A DNA stretch of 62,214 bases, filler included. It is 9 parts of 9 records of this genome, joined end to end, with 100 filler letters (N's around TTAATTAATTAA, not from the genome) between each part and the next. Parts side by side here need not be neighbours in the genome. Positions count along the whole stretch, not along the records: positions 46,033 to 53,531 come from SRR20825010_556; positions 53,632 to 57,802 come from SRR20825010_562; 7 more parts are not named here. The stretch is one strand, 5' to 3'. Positions 48,119 through 57,902 of this stretch are shown piece after piece (the stretch's first letter is position 1; every line of letters begins with the position of its first letter). The notes below the pieces were generated by a model that worked only from the letters and a program-made list of their open reading frames with translations, was not told the origin of the DNA and made no database searches. The position numbers and the translations under genes were made by a program.

Positions 48119-49327
48119 TCAGGCGCGCCCCAGCACCAGCACCGCGTTCAACCCGCCAAAGGCAAAGGCGTTCGACAACACCACATCCACGTCTGCCTCA
48201 CGCGCCACATTCGGCACCACGTCCAGCGCGCATTCCGGATCCGGTTCCTCATAGCCGATGGTTGGGGCAATCACCCCGTCCTTCAACGCCATCAGGCAGG
48301 CCAGCAGTTCCACGGCTCCCGTGCCGCCGATCAGATGGCCGTGCATCGATTTGGTCGATGAGATCATCAGATCGTCCGCATGGGTGCCGAACACATCCGC
48401 CACAGCGGCGCATTCGGTCTTATCGTTGGCGGCCGTCCCGGTGCCGTGGGCGTTGATGTACCCCACCCGCGTCTTGTCGACCCGCGCGTCGCGCAAAGCG
48501 CCCGATATGGCCCGCGCCGCGCCATGTTTCGACGGCATAACAATGTCCGACGCGTCCGAGGTCATGGCAAAGCCCAGCACCTCGCCCAGGATCTCGGCAC
48601 CGCGGGCGCGCGCGTGGTCATACTCCTCAAAGACAAAGACCCCCGCGCCCTCGCCCTGCACCATGCCGTTGCGGGTGGCCGAAAACGGACGGCAGGCATC
48701 CTTGGACATGACGCGAAGCCCTTCCCAGGCCTTCACGCCGCCAAAGCACAACATGGATTCAGACCCGCCAGTGATCATCGCGGTGCACATCCCCGACCGG
48801 ATCATGTTGAATGCCTGCCCCATCGCGTGGTTGGAACTGGCACAGGCGGTCGCCACGGTGAAACTCGGTCCCTTGACGTTGAACTCCATGCTCACATGGC
48901 TGGTGGCGGCGTTGTTCATCAGCTTCGGCACGATGAAAGGATGAACCCGGTTCTTACCCTCTTCGTAGACCGCGCGGTAATTGTCATCCAGCGTGGTCAT
49001 TCCGCCGCCCGACGTGCCAAGAACCACACCAGAGCAATCGGCAAGATCGCCTTTGAACTCCAACCCGGACTGCGCCACCGCCTCGCGCGCCGCCAGCAGG
49101 GTGAACTGGGTGAACCGATCGTACAGCGCCAACTGCTGACGGTTGAAAACCGTCTCCGGCTCAAACCCCTTGACCTGACCGCCGATGCGGATGGCCAGAC
49201 GCTCGACGTCGCGAAATTCCAGTTCCCCGATGCCGCACCGCCCCTCGCGCATCGCCTCGAACGTGGCGGGGACGTCCTGGCCAAGCGCGTTGATCGTGCC
49301 CGCGCCGGTAATGACGACGCGTTTCAC
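48119..49327 (-). CDS. Beta-ketoacyl-ACP synthase (FabF-like paralogue)
   Basis: Cys-His-His triad TACASS, NAHGTGT, GHLIGG; SNAFAFGG; GTG start overlaps the ACP stop. Confidence 0.9.
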   Translation of the reverse strand: MKRVVITGAGTINALGQDVPATFEAMREGRCGIGELEFRDVERLAIRIGGQVKGFEPETVFNRQQLALYDRFTQFTLLAAREAVAQSGLEFKGDLADCSGVVLGTSGGGMTTLDDNYRAVYEEGKNRVHPFIVPKLMNNAATSHVSMEFNVKGPSFTVATACASSNHAMGQAFNMIRSGMCTAMITGGSESMLCFGGVKAWEGLRVMSKDACRPFSATRNGMVQGEGAGVFVFEEYDHARARGAEILGEVLGFAMTSDASDIVMPSKHGAARAISGALRDARVDKTRVGYINAHGTGTAANDKTECAAVADVFGTHADDLMISSTKSMHGHLIGGTGAVELLACLMALKDGVIAPTIGYEEPDPECALDVVPNVAREADVDVVLSNAFAFGGLNAVLVLGRA

Positions 49328-49584
49328 GATGTCTGCTCGGCGATCAGCTTTTCGATGCCTTCAACGATCTTTGCCACGGACGAAATGTCGAAATCCGATT
49401 CGGACGGATCGTTGGCATTGAACGGCACCGAGATGTCGAACTGCTCTTCGATGGAAAAGATCGCCTCGACCAGACCCAGTGAGTCGATGCCCAGATCCTC
49501 GGGCGTGCTCTCCATTGACACATCCGCGACATCCAGCATCGCCTGATCCGCAATAATCTGAAGAACCTGTTTCCTGACGTCCAT
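49324..49584 (-). CDS. Acyl carrier protein (non-AcpP paralogue)
   Basis: 86 aa, acidic, DLGIDSL phosphopantetheine site; GAGG RBS before MDVRK. Confidence 0.9.
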   Translation of the reverse strand: MDVRKQVLQIIADQAMLDVADVSMESTPEDLGIDSLGLVEAIFSIEEQFDISVPFNANDPSESDFDISSVAKIVEGIEKLIAEQTS

Positions 49585-49621
49585 GATCATGGCCTCACGC
49601 TTGTCCAGAATTGCCGGACAC

Positions 49622-50713
49622 TTAGTCATTTCCCATGAGCTTTGAAACCGATTTCTTGATCTCCGCCACGTCGCGGAACAGCCGTGGAAGGCGGCGCAGC
49701 CCTTTGTACGCCTCGACATGAGTCTCCATCTTCATGGCCGGATAGCCCAGCATCACCCGTCCGGCGGGTACGTTGGACAGTGCCACCGTGGCCCCGCCCA
49801 GAATCGCGCCATCGCCGATGCGCAGGTTGTCCGACACCCCGACCTTGCCGCCCAGCACCACGTTATTGCCGATCACGGTTGACCCGGCCACAGCCGCATT
49901 GGCACAGAGCAGACAGTTTCGCCCGATCACCACGTTGTGGCCAACCTGCACAAGGTTATCCAGCTTGGAGCCGTCGCCGATCCGCGTATCGCGGATGGTG
50001 CCCTTGTCCACCGTTGATCCGGCGCCGATCTCGACATCGTTGCCGATGGTCACCGCGCCAAGGCTGGCAATCCGCGCCCATGTCTGTTCGGTGTCGCTGT
50101 TGTCCTCTCCCAAGGAGGCGCGCGCCTTTTCCACGCCCGAGACCTCTGGCGTGACAAAGGAAAACCCGTCGCCGCCGATGACCACACTGGGCTGGGCCAC
50201 AAACCGGTCCCCGACATGGACCCGCGCCATAATCCGCACGCCGCTGTGCAACAGCGCGCCTGCACCGATCACCACGTCGCGCCCGATATAAGCTTGCGGG
50301 CCAATGACGGACCCGGCCCCGATCCTTGCGCCTGCCTCGATCACCGTGAACGGCCCGACAGACACACCCTCGCCCAGCTCTGCCGAAGGGTCGATCACCG
50401 TGTTGGGATGGATGCCGGGGACATAGCCCGCACCGGGGTCCATCATCGCGGTCAGCCCCGACATGGCATAACGCGGGCGGTCGGCCAGAATCGCCGCCTC
50501 CAGCCCCAGCGCCCGCCAATCGGTGCCCGCCGCCAGCAGCGCAGCGCGCGCGCGACCCTGTCCTAGAGCGGTGGTGTATTCGGGCCGCGAGGCCAGCGCC
50601 AGTTGCTCTGGCCCGGCATCCGCCGGTTCGGCCAGACCGCTGACGGTCAACAAAAGATCGCCCTCGGCAGTCATGCCGAGGGCGTTTGCGATATCTTTGA
50701 TCGTGTAAGGCAT
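49622..50713 (-). CDS. lpxD: UDP-3-O-acyl-glucosamine N-acyltransferase
   Basis: Hexapeptide repeats, IGGDGF, VEIGA..VD, KLDNLVQVGHN, G.PA. Confidence 0.92.
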   Translation of the reverse strand: MPYTIKDIANALGMTAEGDLLLTVSGLAEPADAGPEQLALASRPEYTTALGQGRARAALLAAGTDWRALGLEAAILADRPRYAMSGLTAMMDPGAGYVPGIHPNTVIDPSAELGEGVSVGPFTVIEAGARIGAGSVIGPQAYIGRDVVIGAGALLHSGVRIMARVHVGDRFVAQPSVVIGGDGFSFVTPEVSGVEKARASLGEDNSDTEQTWARIASLGAVTIGNDVEIGAGSTVDKGTIRDTRIGDGSKLDNLVQVGHNVVIGRNCLLCANAAVAGSTVIGNNVVLGGKVGVSDNLRIGDGAILGGATVALSNVPAGRVMLGYPAMKMETHVEAYKGLRRLPRLFRDVAEIKKSVSKLMGND

Positions 50714-50753
50714 GTGGTCTCCCGGACAAAGCGCGGCTCAGTCCGGGGCAGGT

Positions 50754-52382
50754 TTAGCTGCGACCCGAGCGCAGGGCCACCCCTACGTCGTTCAAGGCGC
50801 GCCACAGGACTTGATCGCGGCCATAGACATCGTCGCGATAGTTCATCTGGCCCTTCGCCTTGGTAAAGGCGGTGCGATAGATCAGATGCACCGGCACAGG
50901 CGTTTCCAGCGGCACCTTGGTGTTCTGACCAGACCGCAGCGTGGTCTGGAAATAGGTTTCGGGATCATCCACCTGCTTGGCCAGCAGCGCATAGGCAAAG
51001 TCATGCGGATCGTCGAGCCGGATGCAGCCGTGGCTGAAGGTGCGCACCTCGCGCGAGAAAAGATGCTGCGACGGCGTGTCGTGCAGATAGATGGCATAGG
51101 CGTTCGGGAACATGAATTTGACCGTTCCCAGCGCGTTGCTCGGCCCCGGCGGCTGACGCACCGTGTAGGGGAATGCCCCACCCGACGCCGCGTAAGAGGC
51201 TGCGGCGGCCCGGCTGACCACCCGTCCGCGATAATCCACGAATTCCAGATGCCCAAGCGCGTAAGGGTTGCTGCGCAGCGCCGGCAGGTACTCGCCGCGG
51301 ATGATGGATTGCGGCACATACCAGTACGGGTTGATGACCATATGCTCCATCACGTCCGAAAACTCGGGCGTGCGCCGGTCGCGGGCCTGATGGCCGATGA
51401 CCGACTTTGTCTCAAAGGTCAGCTTGTCGTCGTCGATGATCTGGGCATGATAATCCACCAGATTGACCAGAACGTGCCGTTTGCCGCGACCTTCGGGCAG
51501 GTTCAGCCAGCGTTCCCGCTCCATCGCGACCATGATGGACTTCAGTCGCTCTTCCGGGGCCACATTGATGGCGCGCATCGTGCCACCACCCGCGACGCCA
51601 TCCTGCGGCAGCGCGTGGTCTGCCTGGAATTCGCGAATCGCGGCCTCCATCTCGCTGTCATAGGTCATGCTGAGCGACGGCTTCATATAGCCCATCAGGG
51701 CCAGACGATTGCGCAGGGCCACAACCGTGTTGCCGGTATTGCCCGGACGCAGGCTGCCTGCAGAAACCGTTGGCCCCCAGCCGCCTTGCTGGATCTTGTG
51801 TTCCAGACGCAGCTTGGCGCGCATCAGGCGCGTGTATTCGGGGCTGCTGGGCACAAGGCTCAGGAAAACGGCGGTCGGGTCTTCGTTGGTCAACCGGGTC
51901 AAAAGCATCTGCGGATCGCGGCGCGGCAAGTCCCGCTTGATATCGTCGATGATCTCGCCGGGATTCAGAACGCCAGACTGCAGGTCGTTGGCAAACTGGA
52001 TAAAGGTGCGGGTCAGTTCGACCTCCAGCAAGCCCCGCGACCGTCCGTCACCCGCCTGCGCCATACGGCTCAGCAGACTTTGGGCATTATACCGGTCGGC
52101 GGGCAGGCCGTGCACATCAGCCAGCGAGAATGCCTCGATCAGGGCCAGCCTGCGGGCGCGGTCCGCATCCCCGGCCCCGGTCCAGATCGGCTCAAAATTT
52201 CGGGTGCGATAAAACGCGGCCACACTGTCATTGTCGGCGATGCTTTCCGCGACCGCCTGTTTGAACGCCGTGACCTTGAGTGTCAGGCCATCCTGCGCCG
52301 CCAGTGGCAGCGCCGCGCCAAACCAGACGGCACCAGCCACCACAACGGACCGTAATACGGCCCGCTTGCTGCTCATTTGCAT
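50754..52382 (-). CDS. L,D-transpeptidase (YcbB/LdtD-like, with peptidoglycan-binding domain)
   Basis: Signal peptide, FQ..H.L..DGVAG, NPYW.VP, KFMFPN, YLHDTP...SHGCIR; start 52376 or 52382. Confidence 0.9.
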   Translation of the reverse strand: MQMSSKRAVLRSVVVAGAVWFGAALPLAAQDGLTLKVTAFKQAVAESIADNDSVAAFYRTRNFEPIWTGAGDADRARRLALIEAFSLADVHGLPADRYNAQSLLSRMAQAGDGRSRGLLEVELTRTFIQFANDLQSGVLNPGEIIDDIKRDLPRRDPQMLLTRLTNEDPTAVFLSLVPSSPEYTRLMRAKLRLEHKIQQGGWGPTVSAGSLRPGNTGNTVVALRNRLALMGYMKPSLSMTYDSEMEAAIREFQADHALPQDGVAGGGTMRAINVAPEERLKSIMVAMERERWLNLPEGRGKRHVLVNLVDYHAQIIDDDKLTFETKSVIGHQARDRRTPEFSDVMEHMVINPYWYVPQSIIRGEYLPALRSNPYALGHLEFVDYRGRVVSRAAAASYAASGGAFPYTVRQPPGPSNALGTVKFMFPNAYAIYLHDTPSQHLFSREVRTFSHGCIRLDDPHDFAYALLAKQVDDPETYFQTTLRSGQNTKVPLETPVPVHLIYRTAFTKAKGQMNYRDDVYGRDQVLWRALNDVGVALRSGRS

Positions 52383-52717
52383 TCCCAAATCCTTCCCCAA
52401 ATCCTTCATAGACCAACCATTTCCCGAACATTTCCCGAATACTACAGTGCAGACAGCGCCGTGCATCTGTCTATTCACATTTATGCCAGCATGTCGACCG
52501 TGGCGAAACCGCGACGACAGTGCGCAAACGCGCCACAGTTGGGCAGCGGTGGGCAGAATCCCGCCAATTCCCCCTTGATCATTACAAATCATAACAAATC
52601 GCCCTTTTTGAGGGAGTCGATTCGTGCCATAAACTTCTGGACATCTGGGGATAGATGGCAGGAGGCGCACAACGATGCGCCCACAGGTAACACGGCGACT
52701 ACGGGACAGGCGCTCAC

Positions 52718-53287
52718 ATGACAGAGATGACTTCTGGCGGCATGACACGCCGCGCACTTCTTGGCGCATTTGCAGCCACCGCTGTTGCGGCAGCGCCCAC
52801 CTACTCGAACGCAGCTGGTTTTCTGCGCGGTGCAGGCGACGTTCGCCGCATCCGCATGTATTCTGGCCGCACTGGGGAACGGGTGGACATGATCTATTGG
52901 ATCGAAGGCGACTACATCGCCGACGCGGTCAAAGAGGTTAACTATTTTATGCGCGACTGGCGCAACGATGAAATCAAACCGATCGACCTGCGGACAGTCG
53001 ATATCATGACCGCAGCGCACAACCTGCTGGATGTGTCTGAGCCTTACATGCTTATTTCGGGCTACCGCAGCCCGTCGACGAACGCGATGCTGCGGGCCCG
53101 CTCCTCGGGCGTAGCAAAAAATTCGCGCCACCTCTACGGTCAAGCGGCGGATCTTCGGCTGGCCTCCCGCTCGGTTGGCCAAGTGTACAGTGCCGCCAAG
53201 GCCTGTGGCGGCGGCGGCGTTGGCCGCTACACGCGTTCGGACTTTGTCCATATGGACTGTGGCCCGGTGCGCAGCTGGGGCAGCTGA
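52718..53287 (+). CDS. YcbK/MepK-like DUF882 (peptidase M15) protein, Tat signal
   Basis: TRRALLG; RDWR, SGYRSP.TN, S.H..G.A.D, GVG.Y..S.FVH.D.G..R.W. Confidence 0.9.
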   Translation: MTEMTSGGMTRRALLGAFAATAVAAAPTYSNAAGFLRGAGDVRRIRMYSGRTGERVDMIYWIEGDYIADAVKEVNYFMRDWRNDEIKPIDLRTVDIMTAAHNLLDVSEPYMLISGYRSPSTNAMLRARSSGVAKNSRHLYGQAADLRLASRSVGQVYSAAKACGGGGVGRYTRSDFVHMDCGPVRSWGS

Positions 53288-53311
53288 CCCCCTCCATCAC
53301 CCGTTTTTGTC

Positions 53312-53338
53312 GAGGCGTCCCATTTGGGGCGTCTTTTT
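53312..53338 (+). terminator. Intrinsic terminator
   Basis: AGGCGTCCC-ATTT-GGGGCGTCT stem followed by a T-run. Confidence 0.65.
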
Positions 53339-53502
53339 GCCTTGGTCTCTTCTTTTCGCTCATCGGCCGGGGACGGGACAGTCAGGTATTCCATACGCTT
53401 TCCGTCCCGCACGCCCCGGTGTGTGAATAGACAACACGCAGAACCCTGTCAGGTTCCGCGCCGTGTCGCATTTTTTTTGAAAAGATCTCTCCGAAGAGAA
53501 AG

Positions 53503-53531
53503 TGGCGCGGTTGACGGGGCTCGAACCCGCG
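53503..53531 (-). tRNA. 3' fragment of a tRNA, probably tRNA-Asp(GTC)
   Basis: Reverse complement CGCGGGTTCGAGCCCCGTCAACCGCGCCA: T-arm GGTTCGAG, acceptor strand and CCA; the anticodon is lost in the gap, so identity is from recall of the acceptor sequence. Confidence 0.75.
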
Positions 53532-53631
53532 NNNNNNNNNNNNNNNNNNNNNNNNNNNNNNNNNNNNNNNNNNNNTTAATTAATTAANNNNNNNNNNNNN
53601 NNNNNNNNNNNNNNNNNNNNNNNNNNNNNNN
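53532..53631. other. Artificial contig spacer
   Basis: N44-TTAATTAATTAA-N44. Confidence 0.98.
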
Positions 53632-54524
53632 GTCTCGGGTTCCGGCTGCGGTGCGGGTGCTGCCGCCGGCGCCTCGGGCTGGCGGGCCACGGGCTGCTGC
53701 CGTGCGACGACCGTTGTCGTCTCGGCGGTATCCTCTTCCTCGTCGGCGCCGCCACCAAAGAGCGCAGCCAAGAGACCGCGGCCACTGCCACCGCCATTGT
53801 CACGTGCGACCTGGATCGAGCTACCGTTCCGCTTGCGAGACTCATAGGCAGCAAGCGCCTGCTTGTATCCGGGCAGAGGTTTGCCGTCTGTGGGAACGTG
53901 CATGGTCTTTCCATCCGGGAAGACGGCCAGAAGCTGTTTGCGGCTCATGCGGGGCCAATGGCGTACACCACCGACGTCGATGTGAATAAAGGGAGAACCG
54001 GAACGGGGGTAATACCCGACACCGCCAGCCTGGAATTTAAGGGCGGCGTTCCGCAAATTGGAGAGCTTTACGCCTGGAATGTAGAAATCAATCGCCTTGC
54101 CGAGCATGTGCTGGCTCTTCTTGGCAACTCCGCTCGAGCGGCTACGCAGCATGGCATTCGTTTTGGGTGAGCGGTAGGCCGAGACGACGTGGATATAGTC
54201 GCGGGCACCGGCTGCGCGATAAACTTCCCACAACAGGTCAAGGACCTGCGGATCCATGTTGGTGGGTTCGTTCTGGCGCCAGTCGCGCAGGAAGCGGTTC
54301 ACCTGCTTCAGGCCGCTCTGAATGTAGCGACCATTCTTTTTGAAGGTGATTTCCGCACGCTCCTTCGTGTGTATGAAGTAGAGCTTCAGGGTGCGTGTTT
54401 CGGCGTGGGCGGCCGGCGCTGCTGCGACAAACGCGCCAACTGCTAGCATCAAACCGGCGAGAAGCCTCACGCGTATGAGCGCAGGCAAACGCCACCCAAG
54501 AACGTGAACGTCGTTTTGTTTCAA
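53632..54524 (-). CDS. Long-form DUF882 (peptidase M15) protein with C-terminal extension, 3'-truncated
   Basis: LRDWR, SAYRSP.TN, SQHMLGKAID, GVGYYP.SGSPFIHIDVG.VRHWPRM, then an Ala/Pro-rich tail; start uncertain. Confidence 0.88.
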
Positions 54525-54729
54525 GATCCGTGGCCTTACAGGCTGGTGTTTGTCCCCCGAGCCTGAGGCTCGGACTGTGTGGTTCCCACCTTCCGATTAT
54601 TCTATTTAATGGTTAATTCGATCTTATTAAAGGAGGAATGCGCGAAGAGGATGGCGATATCGTGGCAAAATGAGACAAGCCGCCGCAGGGTAAACAGGGA
54701 GTTAAACTCTGGACTGTGACCTTAAGGCC

Positions 54730-56235
54730 TCAATCGTCTTTTGCGCGTGTGCGCTCGGCCGGATCGATGCCCATGTCTTTGAGTTTCCGGTAGAGGGTTG
54801 AACGCCCGATTCCCAACCGCCGGGCTATCTCGCTCATCTGACCGCCGTAGTGATCCAGAGCAAATCTGATGATATCGCCTTCGATCTCCTCGAGCGGGCG
54901 CACATTGTCGTTTTCGTCCAGAACGGCGATCTGCCCGGGGAGATCACGGGGGGCAGCCGGCTTGTGCTGCAGGGTCTCTTGCGCCGCCAGATGTGCAGTG
55001 CGGGCACGGCCGGCAGTCTCAATGCCGCCATTCAGCGTTTCATAGGGATCAAGCCCTTCGACCTGGGCGAAGATCTGCGGAAAGTCCGCGACATCAAGGA
55101 CACCCGTTTCGCAGAGCACCACAGCCCGGAAAACCGCGTTCTCCAGTTGGCGAATGTTGCCAGGCCAGTCGTAGCGATCAAGCAGTTCGAGTGCGGTTCG
55201 CGAAATGCCGGTGACGCGGCGTGCCGCACTGTCGCTGAAGCGGGCGATGAAGGTCTGCACCAACAGAGGGATGTCATCCTTTCGGTCGCGCAGCGGAGGC
55301 ACCATGATCGGAAAGACATTGAGGCGATAGAAGAGGTCCTCGCGAAACCGGCCCTCCTTTACTCGTTCGATCAGGTTCTGATTGGTGGCCGAAATCAGGC
55401 GAATGTCCACTTTCTGCGTGCCGCGCCCGCCGACCGTGTCCACCTCACCCTGCTGCACTGCCCGCAGGAGCTTTACCTGGACGTCGAGAGGGAGGTCGCC
55501 GATCTCGTCCAGGAAGAGCGTTCCCGTGTCAGCCTCGGTGAACTTGCCGGCTCGCTTTTCCGTGGCCCCCGTGAAGGCCCCCTTTTCATGGCCGAAGAGG
55601 ATGCTCTCCACCAGCGTGTCGGGGATCGCCCCGCAATTGACCGTGACAAAGGGCTTTCGCCGCCGCCGGCTTTCGCTCTGAATTGCTCGGGCGATGACCT
55701 CTTTGCCAACGCCGGATTCGCCTTCGATCAGGATAGGTATGTCGCTGGCAGCCGCCTTCTGGCCCAGCATAATAACCCGCGCCATCGATGGGCTGTTGGT
55801 GATCAGCTGGTTGAATGACGATGCTTCCGCCGGTTTTTCGCCCCGGCGCTGGCGAGTCTCCATGGCGCTGACCCTAAGGGCATTGCTTATGGCTATGCCC
55901 AGCCGGGCAGGAGCCACGGGCTTTACAATGAAATCGAAAGCTCCGGCGCGCATGGCTTCGACGGCGGTGTCTATGCTGCCGCGGGAGGTCTGGACGATGA
56001 CCGGGATTTCGGTCCCGTCTCCGCGAAGACGGTCAAGCATTTCCAGCCCACTCATATGCGGCATCACCAGATCAAGCACGATCGTACATGGTGGCTTTTC
56101 TGCCTGTTCCAGTACGTCCAGTGCTTCCTGACCGTTTTCTGCAAAGAGGGGAGTATGTCCCAATTTCTCGACCGCCGCCTGAAGAAGGCGTCGCTGAACA
56201 GGGTCATCATCCACTATGAGAACGGCTTCGGACAT
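54730..56235 (-). CDS. Sigma54-dependent response regulator (NtrC family)
   Basis: Receiver domain (VDDD, LDL.MP, KP), GESGVGKE, GAFTGA, WPGNIRQL, Fis-type HTH. Confidence 0.93.
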   Translation of the reverse strand: MSEAVLIVDDDPVQRRLLQAAVEKLGHTPLFAENGQEALDVLEQAEKPPCTIVLDLVMPHMSGLEMLDRLRGDGTEIPVIVQTSRGSIDTAVEAMRAGAFDFIVKPVAPARLGIAISNALRVSAMETRQRRGEKPAEASSFNQLITNSPSMARVIMLGQKAAASDIPILIEGESGVGKEVIARAIQSESRRRRKPFVTVNCGAIPDTLVESILFGHEKGAFTGATEKRAGKFTEADTGTLFLDEIGDLPLDVQVKLLRAVQQGEVDTVGGRGTQKVDIRLISATNQNLIERVKEGRFREDLFYRLNVFPIMVPPLRDRKDDIPLLVQTFIARFSDSAARRVTGISRTALELLDRYDWPGNIRQLENAVFRAVVLCETGVLDVADFPQIFAQVEGLDPYETLNGGIETAGRARTAHLAAQETLQHKPAAPRDLPGQIAVLDENDNVRPLEEIEGDIIRFALDHYGGQMSEIARRLGIGRSTLYRKLKDMGIDPAERTRAKDD

Positions 56236-56392
56236 GTCGCAATTATGCAATGGCGTTACGATATCGCGCGCAGTTTTTCGGCGCGGGCTGGATCAAAATG
56301 GCATAGGCTTCTAAACAAGGGCTCAAGAATCCCGGTGAACGAAACCTTTCGGCACCGCGGGGAGACAGCGATTTCGGCTCAACGAGGTTTAT

Positions 56393-57802
56393 ATGGCCAA
56401 GAACACTGACAGGGCATCATGCCCTGCGGCAACGGATGCGGCGCTAGCGGCTGAAAACGCAGTTTCTGAACTCGGCAACCTGCCAGAGTGGAATCTGACT
56501 GACCTTTATCCGGCGATCGAGTCGCCTGAATTGAAGCGCGATCTCGATCGCGCTGCGGCGGAAGCTGCCGGTTTTGAGACCGCCTGGAAAGGCAAGCTGG
56601 CGGACGAGGCAGCCAGAGGAAATGAGGGCAGGCTTGGCGAAGCCGTTGAAGCCTATGAGGCAATTGAAGAACTGATGGGCCGCATCGTGTCCTATGCGGG
56701 GCTTCTCTACGCTGGCGACACTTCCGATCCCAAACGTGCAAAGCTTTACGGAGATGTGCAGGAGAAACTGACGGATGCGAGCGCGCATCTCATCTTCTTT
56801 ACACTGGAGCTCAACAAGATCGACGATGCCGTGATCGATGCGGCGCTGGAAGCGGATGCCAGGCTTGCGCGCTACAGGCCCTGGGTGCTCGATATCCGTC
56901 GGGACAAGCCCTACGAGCTGGAAGACAGGGTCGAACAGCTCTTCCACGAAAAGTCGGTAACCGGGCGAGGCGCCTGGAACAGGCTGTTCGACGAGACCAT
57001 GACCAGCCTTCGATTCACCGTGGACGGGGAAGAGCTGGCGCTTGAACAGACGCTTAACCTGTTGCAGGACGCGAACGGGGAGAAGCGTCGTAGCGCTGCC
57101 GCAGCCCTGGCAGACACGTTTTCCAGGAATTTGCGCACTTTCACGCTGATCACCAACACGCTGGCCAAGGACAAGGAGATCTCCGACCGGTGGCGCGGTT
57201 TTGAGGATATCGCTGATTCCCGCCATCTGGCGAACCGGGTCGAGCGGCCGGTGGTGGACGCGCTGGCCGAAGCGGTGCGAAACGCCTATCCGAAGCTTTC
57301 GCATCGCTATTACGCCCTGAAAGCCAAATGGCTCGGCATGGATGTTTTGAACCACTGGGACCGCAATGCACCATTGCCGGAGACGCCACAGGCGGTGATA
57401 GGCTGGGAAGAGGCCAGGAAGACGGTGCTTGATGCCTATCAGGCTTTCGATCCGCGCATGGCAGAGATTGCGAGCCGCTTCTTCGATCACAACTGGATCG
57501 ATGCGCCCGTGCGCCCTGGAAAGTCGCCGGGAGCCTTTGCGCATCCCACGGTGCCGGCTGTCCATCCATATCTGCTGCTCAACTATCTCGGCAAACCGCG
57601 GGATGTCATGACGCTGGCTCATGAGATGGGGCATGGCATCCATCAGGTTCTGGCTGGAAAGCAGGGAGCCTTGATGGCTCCAACACCTCTTACACTGGCC
57701 GAGACGGCGTCGGTGTTCGGCGAAATGCTGACATTCCGTTCCCTGCTCGATCGGACGACCCAGAAGCGAGAGCGCAAGGCCATGCTGGCGCAGAAGGTGG
57801 AG
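56393..57802 (+). CDS. M3B oligoendopeptidase F, 3'-truncated
   Basis: W.L.DLY, GK.PGAF, HEMGH zinc motif, LAETAS.F.E. Confidence 0.92.
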
Positions 57803-57902
57803 NNNNNNNNNNNNNNNNNNNNNNNNNNNNNNNNNNNNNNNNNNNNTTAATTAATTAANNNNNNNNNNNNNNNNNNNNNNNNNNNNNNNNNNNNNNNNNN
57901 NN
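57803..57902. other. Artificial contig spacer
   Basis: N44-TTAATTAATTAA-N44. Confidence 0.98.

Noticed and set aside
50712..52355. 547-aa plus-strand ORF
   Set aside because: Antisense shadow of the L,D-transpeptidase in high-GC DNA; no motifs
53503..53531. tRNA 3' end as an att site of an integrated element
   Set aside because: It is cut by the contig end, more simply explained by an assembly break at a tRNA; no integrase nearby
52718..54524. Two DUF882 genes facing each other, suggesting a duplicated system
   Set aside because: They are separated by an artificial spacer and appear to come from different organisms
54652..54667. GG-N10-GC sigma54-like motif near the NtrC-family gene
   Set aside because: Poor match to TGGCAC-N5-TTGC and no plus-strand gene downstream
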